Positions 9,852 to 18,449 of a stretch of DNA of 32,000 nucleotides are shown one piece after another. Each line of letters opens with the position of its first letter. Position 1 is the first letter of the stretch. Source of the DNA: an uncultured Methanolobus sp. (GTDB lineage Archaea > Halobacteriota > Methanosarcinia > Methanosarcinales > Methanosarcinaceae); contig NZ_CAXXTT010000002.1 in the NCBI RefSeq assembly GCF_963665675.2, forward strand, positions 2,424,218 to 2,456,217, read 5' to 3'. The position numbers and the translations under genes were made by a program. A model generated the notes under the pieces. It was not told the origin of the DNA. It saw only the letters and a program-made list of their open reading frames with translations, and ran no database searches.

Positions 9852-9986
9852 TCAGGTCTTATTATGTTTATTGGTTTCACTGATGCAGAGGTCAAACATA
9901 AGGATGTCTCACTCAAATACAATAAAACCTTAACAATGATGGAATACGGAAGCCTATTTCTTTATTGATTACATAAAAGACGCACA
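9852..9986 (+). promoter_or_regulatory. CRISPR leader (AT-rich, with a putative array promoter)
   Basis: 135-bp AT-rich non-coding stretch between the cas2 stop and the first repeat. TATA-like TTTATTGATTACATAAAAG lies 10-30 nt upstream of repeat 1. The position and orientation match those of the E. coli I-E leader. Confidence 0.6.
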
Positions 9987-12900
9987 GAGTTCCCCACACA
10001 CGTGGGGATGAACCGCCAGGTTCATAAATTAGGACTAAACGATTTAAGAGTTCCCCACACACGTGGGGATGAACCGCAACGCGCGGCGCGGAAGGAGATG
10101 ATTAATAAGAGTTCCCCACACACGTGGGGATGAACCACATAATACACAATAATCAGTATCTCTAAATTCGAGTTCCCCACACACGTGGGGATGAACCTAG
10201 ATATTCTGGAGATCGAGTATACAAACATTCGAGTTCCCCACACACGTGGGGATGAACCGCTTCTTTACAGGGTGTCTAGGTAACAGTAGTTGAGTTCCCC
10301 ACACACGTGGGGATGAACCGTGACCAGGCATATGCTGTAAGCGTTGTGGCGCGAGTTCCCCACACACGTGGGGATGAACCGGTGATTGGGGCTTACCTGC
10401 CAGTGATTTTGAGGAGTTCCCCACACACGTGGGGATGAACCGAAAATACTATTAGGAGATTAAATAATGTCAGTGAGTTCCCCACACACGTGGGGATGAA
10501 CCGAATACCGTCTAGTTAATACGTTTGACGAAATTGAGTTCCCCACACACGTGGGGATGAACCGTATCCATTCAAAAGGTTTGTTATATATATTATGAGT
10601 TCCCCACACACGTGGGGATGAACCGTATCGTAACTATCTCCAAACCCTTTATTAAAAGAGTTCCCCACACACGTGGGGATGAACCCTGAGTCTCTTCCTG
10701 AGTCTCTTCCTGAGTCTCGAGTTCCCCACACACGTGGGGATGAACCGTCTGTATATATTCTTCCAAGTTCTGAATTAATGAGTTCCCCACACACGTGGGG
10801 ATGAACCGCCATTTCTCGTAACCTGCATTACTAGTTTCAGGAGTTCCCCACACACGTGGGGATGAACCGCAAGAAATTATCTACATGATTATGTCTCACA
10901 GGAGTTCCCCACACACGTGGGGATGAACCGCATTATCTATTACACACAAAAGAAATGGAATAGAGTTCCCCACACACGTGGGGATGAACCGATAAAATTT
11001 CGCTATTTAGTCTATATGCGGCAGAGTTCCCCACACACGTGGGGATGAACCGTGCTCCGATAGCGTAATAAATCGCTAATAATTGAGTTCCCCACACACG
11101 TGGGGATGAACCGGTATTTTTGATGGAATAAAAACAATATTTTATGAGTTCCCCACACACGTGGGGATGAACCGCCAGTTTCGAATATCTGACATATCAG
11201 GGTCTTGAGTTCCCCACACACGTGGGGATGAACCGATATTGCAGATGACAGCGAAAAACATAGATTAGAGTTCCCCACACACGTGGGGATGAACCGGAGT
11301 AGATTTAAATGATACACATAGGGTTAAAGAGTTCCCCACACACGTGGGGATGAACCGGTTTTAATATTAAACCTGCAAAACTGGAATTAGAGTTCCCCAC
11401 ACACGTGGGGATGAACCGTTGCGGAGATCATGGATAAAATTCTTGACAAAGAGTTCCCCACACACGTGGGGATGAACCGGTCAAGGCCGATAGATTCAAC
11501 GAACATACCCGGAGTTCCCCACACACGTGGGGATGAACCGGCTCCCCCCTCTGGGGGGGCGCGGGGGGCTATGAGTTCCCCACACACGTGGGGATGAACC
11601 GAACATACGTTATTTCCCGGATAAAAAAATGAGAGTTCCCCACACACGTGGGGATGAACCGAATAATATCTGTAATATGGTCAGGAAGTGAATGAGTTCC
11701 CCACACACGTGGGGATGAACCGCTCGCTATCAGCTTCCTTAAGCGCATTACCGGAGAGTTCCCCACACACGTGGGGATGAACCGGGAGAAATGGTATATG
11801 GTGGCACGGGATAAGTGAGTTCCCCACACACGTGGGGATGAACCGCATTTTCATAACGTTCTCAACACCACCGAGCGGAGTTCCCCACACACGTGGGGAT
11901 GAACCGAAATATATACAGGAGCATATGTGATGAGGCGAGAGTTCCCCACACACGTGGGGATGAACCGTTACTCTCCAGTTTGGTTTTGATGAGTATGTCG
12001 AGTTCCCCACACACGTGGGGATGAACCGTCAGAAACGCGTACACGAGAGCTATTGTAAAAGAGTTCCCCACACACGTGGGGATGAACCGCGAGTATCGAC
12101 GCGCAATACAAAATTCAGTAAGAGTTCCCCACACACGTGGGGATGAACCGTGTGGGGACTGTTGCTACGTGTAGTGCTTTTTGAGTTCCCCACACACGTG
12201 GGGATGAACCGTTTTCTTCGAGGAACCCGGAAAAATCACTACCGAGTTCCCCACACACGTGGGGATGAACCGCTGTAGACGCAGCCACCTTGAATAATGA
12301 GGCGGAGTTCCCCACACACGTGGGGATGAACCGCAGTTGCGGAGGGGGTTGCGAGTCTCAATAGTGAGTTCCCCACACACGTGGGGATGAACCGACCATT
12401 ACTAAACTTAGTATTCCTAGTAACTCGAGTTCCCCACACACGTGGGGATGAACCGGTACTGCGTAGAATTAGGATAGATGATGTTGAGAGTTCCCCACAC
12501 ACGTGGGGATGAACCGCTGATCGCAGGCGTTCAGGAGGCAAAAAAGAGGAGTTCCCCACACACGTGGGGATGAACCGCCACACAGTCAATTCACTCATTG
12601 CAATTGTATGAGTTCCCCACACACGTGGGGATGAACCGATATTATTGAGGCAGGTGTATTAATGATAGATGAGTTCCCCACACACGTGGGGATGAACCGC
12701 TTGTAAAGACGTGCCAGTACACGCTTTTTATGAGTTCCCCACACACGTGGGGATGAACCGGATATGGAGATAGTTACGATACTTACGCTTTCGAGTTCCC
12801 CACACACGTGGGGATGAACCGTTATCAATATCATTCAAAATATGTGTATAGTTGAGTTCCCCACACACGTGGGGATGAACCGAAAACGAGATAAAAATGC

Positions 12901-14531
12901 CTTCAAAATCTCAAGAGTTCCCCACACACGTGGGGATGAACCGATTGCCTATGCTCTTCTTATGTTGAGCTGTTTGAGTTCCCCACACACGTGGGGATGA
13001 ACCGTGCCTGTTCAATAGTCCAGGCCTTGCCCTTCAGAGTTCCCCACACACGTGGGGATGAACCGAACACATGAACCCAAAGGAACCCCCCGATAACGGA
13101 GTTCCCCACACACGTGGGGATGAACCGACTCTTGAACAGATTTCTGGTCTCTGCGGAAAGAGTTCCCCACACACGTGGGGATGAACCGTCTATTTCCGGT
13201 TTAGTTAAAATTTGACATCTGAGTTCCCCACACACGTGGGGATGAACCGTTTTTCACCTTTGTTAATAATATCAATTTCGTGAGTTCCCCACACACGTGG
13301 GGATGAACCGGCACTAGTTGATAGTTCTATATCGACGGAATAGAGTTCCCCACACACGTGGGGATGAACCGTCGGTATAAATCTTTCAGCACCTTTCATT
13401 CTTGAGTTCCCCACACACGTGGGGATGAACCGGCGTTAGAGTTTTCCAGCCATCTTTTGCTCTTGAGTTCCCCACACACGTGGGGATGAACCGGATCAGC
13501 AGGTAAACCCGCAATACCGTAAGCCGAGTTCCCCACACACGTGGGGATGAACCGCAATTGCCGCGGGTGGTACTCTTGAACCATCTGAGTTCCCCACACA
13601 CGTGGGGATGAACCGAGCATTGGAAAAATACACAACAGAGAGATAGAGAGTTCCCCACACACGTGGGGATGAACCGAAAATAGATGAACTGATAGATGAA
13701 TATAGAATGAGTTCCCCACACACGTGGGGATGAACCGGACAAACCGCATGGGATTTATGGACCATGAACGAGTTCCCCACACACGTGGGGATGAACCGGA
13801 TCCGGAGAATGAATATGATCTCCCGACACAGAGTTCCCCACACACGTGGGGATGAACCGTGATTCATTCACAGTTGCTGCAGACCCGGCACGAGTTCCCC
13901 ACACACGTGGGGATGAACCGCCTATAGATCCTTTAACAGCAGGAAAACAAAGGAGTTCCCCACACACGTGGGGATGAACCGCTTTTTTATTACCCATGGT
14001 AATTATATGCAAGGAGTTCCCCACACACGTGGGGATGAACCGTACTAACAAACAATGCAAACCGCCAAAAGATCGAGTTCCCCACACACGTGGGGATGAA
14101 CCGCAACAGCACACAAAAGAACAACATACGAGCAAGAGTTCCCCACACACGTGGGGATGAACCGTTTCATCTGCACAAGCTAAAGGAGGAAAACAGGAGT
14201 TCCCCACACACGTGGGGATGAACCGCAGAACTACTTGGTGTTCGCTCAGCAGCAAGAGAGTTCCCCACACACGTGGGGATGAACCGTTTACGGGCTGTTG
14301 CTCCAAATCCTTCGTATGGAGTTCCCCACACACGTGGGGATGAACCGTTGTTCCATCTATGTCAAGCCAGTTGTTTGCGTGAGTTCCCCACACACGTGGG
14401 GATGAACCGGATTATGGTCTTTCTTTGTATGGAGAAGAGGCGAGTTCCCCACACACGTGGGGATGAACCTGTCGAAAGAAACTCTTGATAAAATTGGATT
14501 ATGAGTTCCCCACACACGTGGGGATGAACCG
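9987..14531 (+). CRISPR. Type I-E CRISPR array, 75 repeats / 74 spacers
   Basis: The 29-bp repeat is GAGTTCCCCACACACGTGGGGATGAACCG (hairpin CCCCAC-ACAC-GTGGGG). I traced the 61-bp period by hand along the whole array. Spacer lengths are 70 x 32 bp, 3 x 33 bp (11723-11755, 13066-13098, 14348-14380) and 1 x 31 bp (11602-11632). Repeats are identical at positions 1-28. Position 29 is A at 10137, T at 10198, C at 10686 and T at 14470. The orientation follows the E. coli repeat and the cas2-proximal leader. Confidence 0.98.
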
Positions 14532-14605
14532 GTACTTTCCTTCAGGCAACCTATTGCTTCTATGAAAAATATCATATACCTGCTGCGCCCTAAAAATATC
14601 GATAC

Positions 14606-15898
14606 ATGCCGGACGGGAAAGAAAAAGCAATATCTGTATATCCTCTTCTGATGGTGAACTTTATCGGCACCATGGGGATAAGTCTAGTTCTTCCTTTCCT
14701 TATTTTTCTGGTGGAAAGATTCGGCGGGAACGCCCTTGTATACGGACTTCTCTCTTCAATGTATCCTTTTTTCCAGTTGATAGGTTCACCTCTTCTTGGA
14801 AAATGGTCAGATATTTACGGCAGGAAAAAAATCCTTTTTGTCAGCCAGGCAGGAACTTTGTTCTCCTGGATTCTGTTCTTTATAGCTCTCTTTGTGCCCG
14901 TAACAATACTGGTCAATATCGACTCTGATATTCTCGGTAAATTCATGGTTACCCTACCGCTGTTAATGCTCTTCATTGCACGGGGGCTGGACGGCCTGAC
15001 CGGTGGCAACGTTTCAGTATCAAATGCGTATGTCGCCGATATTAGTAATGATGGTAACAGAAGCAAAAATTTCGGTAAGCTCTCAATTTCCACAAATCTT
15101 GGTTTTATTGTGGGGCCGGCACTTGCAGGAATTCTGAGCGCAACAGTCTATGGTGAAGCCCTCCCGGTACTGGCTGCTATTCTGATCGCCTTTGTCGGAA
15201 CTGTTATGATAGCATTGTACATTCCTGATACCTGCAGCAACAAAGCAGATACCGTTATGTTAAACGTTTGTCCATATCCAAAAAGCGGTCGCATGGCCGG
15301 TGAAAAACACAAAAATAGTATAAGGGATGTCTGGAAAATACCCGCTCTCCGTTTGATGTTCATTATTTATTTCCTGCTCTTTCTGGGTTTCAACACTTTT
15401 TACACAGCATTCCCGGTTCATGCTGCAAATTATCTTCAGTGGAGTATTGCAGAACTTGGCATATTTTTTTCATTCCTGAGCATCGTGCTTGTAATTGTTG
15501 AAGGGCCCGTACTTTCATACGTGTCTAAAAGATCAAGGGATTCCTCAATGATAATTGGTGGAAGTTTCATCCTCGGCCTGAACTTTGTGGTGCTGGCATT
15601 AGGGAACACGTTCTTCACATATATGGCAGCAGTATTGCTTGCTCTTGGTAATGGTCTGATGTGGCCTTCGATACAATCAATGCTTGCCAGGCTTGCAGGA
15701 AATGATGACCAGGGTCTGGTTCAGGGCCTGTCGGGCAGTGTCATGAGCTTTGCAGCTATTTTTGGTCTGATTGGTGGGGGTCTGATTTACGAACTTGCCG
15801 GAAGATGGTCTTTCCTTTTAACTGCAGCTATAATTGCCTGTGTGTTTGTTCTATCCATGCGCCTGCGTTCATTTGACGCAACTGGCAGTCAGGAGTAG
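14606..15898 (+). CDS. MFS transporter (drug/H+ antiporter-like, 12 TM)
   Basis: 430-aa polytopic hydrophobic protein with the MFS loop 2-3 motif GKWSDIYGRKK. The substrate is unknown. Confidence 0.82.
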   Translation: MPDGKEKAISVYPLLMVNFIGTMGISLVLPFLIFLVERFGGNALVYGLLSSMYPFFQLIGSPLLGKWSDIYGRKKILFVSQAGTLFSWILFFIALFVPVTILVNIDSDILGKFMVTLPLLMLFIARGLDGLTGGNVSVSNAYVADISNDGNRSKNFGKLSISTNLGFIVGPALAGILSATVYGEALPVLAAILIAFVGTVMIALYIPDTCSNKADTVMLNVCPYPKSGRMAGEKHKNSIRDVWKIPALRLMFIIYFLLFLGFNTFYTAFPVHAANYLQWSIAELGIFFSFLSIVLVIVEGPVLSYVSKRSRDSSMIIGGSFILGLNFVVLALGNTFFTYMAAVLLALGNGLMWPSIQSMLARLAGNDDQGLVQGLSGSVMSFAAIFGLIGGGLIYELAGRWSFLLTAAIIACVFVLSMRLRSFDATGSQE

Positions 15899-15931
15899 AA
15901 TAAAAAAGGAAATGAAAAAAGAAGTTAATGC

Positions 15932-17299
15932 TTACCTGAGCATGTATTTCACATCATAACTGTTGGCAGGGTATGCATACATTTCTTCTCTTACCTGTGA
16001 AAGCGTGAGTCCTGCTTTTATTGCCAGCGTAAAAATGTTAATGACATCATCTGCCCCGGGTCCTATCAGGTGTGCACCGACTATCTTTTCCGTATCCTTC
16101 TCGATGATAACCTTGGAAGCAGAGTATCCCAGATTTGTCCTCCTTGCAGAATAGAATTTGCTGAGGTCGCTGGAGATTATTTTATGCTTGTCTGTTGCAT
16201 CCTTTTCAAGCAATCCTACTGCTGCAAGTGTGGGAATGGTAAATACTGCGGATGCGATTCCTGAATAGTCTACTGTGTGTTTGTTACCTTCAATGATATT
16301 GGATGCCAGCACGTTTGCCTGCAGGCTGGCTGTTGGAGTTAGTGCAGGTCCGGGTAATATACAATCGCCAGCAGCATACACCGCAGGATTTGAAACGCTT
16401 TGCAGGTATTCGTTCACTGCAATTGCGCCGTGTTCGATAGTCAGTCCGCCTTTTTCAGCTTCAAGTCCCTCGATGTCAGGCACTCTTCCAAGCCCGTGAA
16501 CCACCATGTTGCACTCATGGCTGGTTTCTTTTTCGGACTTGCTGTCATGGGTGATAAGTTCAAGTTCGGAACCTGTGGTATCTGATGCTCTGTTGTCATC
16601 CTGCTTTCTGATCTCCCTGAGTTCCTGTCCTGTTATTACTTTGATACCGGCTTTTTCCGATGCTTCCACAAGTATGTGGACAAGGGCGGGGTCAAAGTTC
16701 TTGAGAAGATTTTCGCCTCTGTGGATTATGGTCACCTCAGCGCCAGCTCTAGCAGCAATATGAGCAAATTCAAATGAGATGTATCCTCCGCCTGCAAAAA
16801 TAATCTTTTCAGGTAATTCCTTCAGGTCCAGAAACCCATCACTTGTGGTGAGATAATCAGCACCAGGTATGTTTATCTTTCTTGAAGTTGCACCTATTGC
16901 CAGTAATATATACTTCGCAGATATGAGTTCATTTCCAGCACGCAGGGTATTAGGATCATGGAAGCTCACCATACCATGATATGTATCAATGCCTGCTTTT
17001 TTGAAAGCCGCTTCTTTGGGGTCAGTGAATGAATGGACAAGATGATCTTTGAAGCTGATTAAATCTGCCCATTCAAGTTCCGGATTGCAGTTGACGCCTT
17101 TGCCCTGCATACGTCTTCCGCCATCAACAATCTCAGCAGCACCACTGAGTATCTTCTTTGGGATACAGCCGTGGAATGCACATATGCCTCCAAAACCTGT
17201 TTTATCTGCAATGGCTACTTTCATTCCCGCAGCATTGAGTTTGTATGCAAGTGAAGAACCTGCAACTCCGGTACCAACTATAAAAGCATCGTAATCCAT
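15932..17299 (-). CDS. Class-I FAD-dependent pyridine nucleotide-disulfide oxidoreductase (glutathione reductase / dihydrolipoamide dehydrogenase family)
   Basis: 455 aa. It has an N-terminal FAD fold GTGVAGSS, a redox-active disulfide motif GGICAFHGCIPKK (CxxxxC), and a second dinucleotide fold GGGYISFEFA. The C-terminal dimerisation region ends in YAYPANSYDVKYMLR. Confidence 0.85.
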   Translation of the reverse strand: MDYDAFIVGTGVAGSSLAYKLNAAGMKVAIADKTGFGGICAFHGCIPKKILSGAAEIVDGGRRMQGKGVNCNPELEWADLISFKDHLVHSFTDPKEAAFKKAGIDTYHGMVSFHDPNTLRAGNELISAKYILLAIGATSRKINIPGADYLTTSDGFLDLKELPEKIIFAGGGYISFEFAHIAARAGAEVTIIHRGENLLKNFDPALVHILVEASEKAGIKVITGQELREIRKQDDNRASDTTGSELELITHDSKSEKETSHECNMVVHGLGRVPDIEGLEAEKGGLTIEHGAIAVNEYLQSVSNPAVYAAGDCILPGPALTPTASLQANVLASNIIEGNKHTVDYSGIASAVFTIPTLAAVGLLEKDATDKHKIISSDLSKFYSARRTNLGYSASKVIIEKDTEKIVGAHLIGPGADDVINIFTLAIKAGLTLSQVREEMYAYPANSYDVKYMLR

Positions 17300-17428
17300 G
17301 TCATATCATGACTCCGGTAAATAATCTCTCTAAAACAGACTCATATAAGATTGTAATTTTCCCGTCATGCACTTTTATTTTGTGAAAAATTATGTGAAAA
17401 CAAATATGAGTACAAAACACAGGGTAAA

Positions 17429-17644
17429 TCAGTTTGGGGAATTTTCATCACACTGTATTGTAATTATACTGTCAACGGAGATGTGGGAATAGCGGTCTTC
17501 AGTGATCTCAAGGGTCAGGACACCGTCACTGCATGCCTTGGCATTTCCGCGGAATTTGAGAATGCCACCACAATATACTATAACATCTTTTCCAATGAAA
17601 TGTCCGGCAATAAATGGTTGTAGTTTTAACATGTCTCCCATCAC
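17429..17644 (-). CDS. Small hypothetical protein (71 aa), possibly a beta-barrel / Sm-like fold
   Basis: This is the only sizeable ORF in a 500-bp gap. A TATA-like AATTTATATTT and AGGGGA lie just upstream on the minus strand. The G..V.V...G..F.G......DG.L.L pattern is only loosely Sm-like. Confidence 0.45.
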   Translation of the reverse strand: MMGDMLKLQPFIAGHFIGKDVIVYCGGILKFRGNAKACSDGVLTLEITEDRYSHISVDSIITIQCDENSPN

Positions 17645-17806
17645 AATCCCCTGTAAATATAAATTATATTGACACGGTTAATATAAGTATTGATTACTGG
17701 TTTTTATATAAGCTGAGCATGTACTTTTCCTCTCCCAAAAGAATGAAATAGTTCCCAAAGAATAAATAGTGCGACTTCCATCTACGTAGCAAAGCGGTGA
17801 GTACCT

Positions 17807-18346
17807 ATGGCTGATAAAAGAAAAAAGCGAGGTTTTTTTGATGATATCTTCAGTGAAGGCAGTTTTACAGACATAGAAGATATCATAGATCAGATGATGG
17901 AGAAATTCGGTCTTAACTTCGAAGATTTTGAAAAGCAGCCGTTCTTTTATGGTTTCTCAGTGTCCCGTCATCCGGGAGAGGAACCTGAGATTCGGGAATT
18001 CGGAAATATCTTCTCTGATGGGGACGATGAGGACGACGACGAATCAATAATACAGCAGTTCAGGGTAAATGAAAGAAAACCCCTAATGGATGTATTTGAA
18101 ATCGATGACAAAGTACACGTCATGATCGAGCTTCAGGGTGTTGAGAAAGAGGACATAGATCTTAACGTCACCGAGAAATCACTTGAACTCATCGCAGAAA
18201 ATGAAGAAATGATGTATGAGGAAAGTATTGATCTTCCTTCCAGTGTTGATCCGGATTCTGCAAAAGCAAGATATCATAATGGTGTACTTGAGATAATTAT
18301 GGACATGAAAGAGCTTGGTGTTGCCCACTCTGTACATATCGATTAG
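17807..18346 (+). CDS. hsp20: Hsp20 / alpha-crystallin family small heat-shock protein
   Basis: The C-terminal alpha-crystallin domain pattern is DVFEIDDKVHVMIELQGVEKEDIDLNV...IDLPSSVDPDSAKARYHNGVLEI. The N-terminal region is acidic. Confidence 0.85.
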   Translation: MADKRKKRGFFDDIFSEGSFTDIEDIIDQMMEKFGLNFEDFEKQPFFYGFSVSRHPGEEPEIREFGNIFSDGDDEDDDESIIQQFRVNERKPLMDVFEIDDKVHVMIELQGVEKEDIDLNVTEKSLELIAENEEMMYEESIDLPSSVDPDSAKARYHNGVLEIIMDMKELGVAHSVHID

Positions 18347-18449
18347 AGCCATCCGGTTTTAATTGCTTTTTTCATATATCGTGGCCAAAATGTATATATG
18401 AGCTTCGCATATACCTTATTTGGTATGTGGAATTACAAGTGGGATCTAA

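Noticed and set aside
9852-9986. IHF-binding consensus (WATCARnnnnTTR) in the leader.
   Set aside because: The closest candidates (AATCAGGTCTTAT on the plus strand, AATCAATAAAGAA on the minus strand) fail at the TTR positions. I kept this only as a negative observation that needs a formal PWM scan.
14273-14488. Plus-strand 71-aa ORF inside the array (contains VPHTRGDEP twice).
   Set aside because: It is a forward-frame translation of repeats plus spacers, which is the same artefact.
10022-14575. Dozens of minus-strand ORFs (60-212 aa) tiling the CRISPR array, all containing VHPHVCGEL, SSPRVWGT or FIPTCVGNS.
   Set aside because: These peptides are the three reverse-frame translations of the 29-bp repeat, which has no stop codon on that strand. 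The ORFs are artefacts of the array periodicity, not genes.
16275-17294. Several plus-strand ORFs (61-85 aa) opposite the disulfide reductase gene, and similar ones opposite feoB (25727-26218, 26803-27150).
   Set aside because: They are antisense to CDSs with clear catalytic motifs and have typical shadow-ORF composition.
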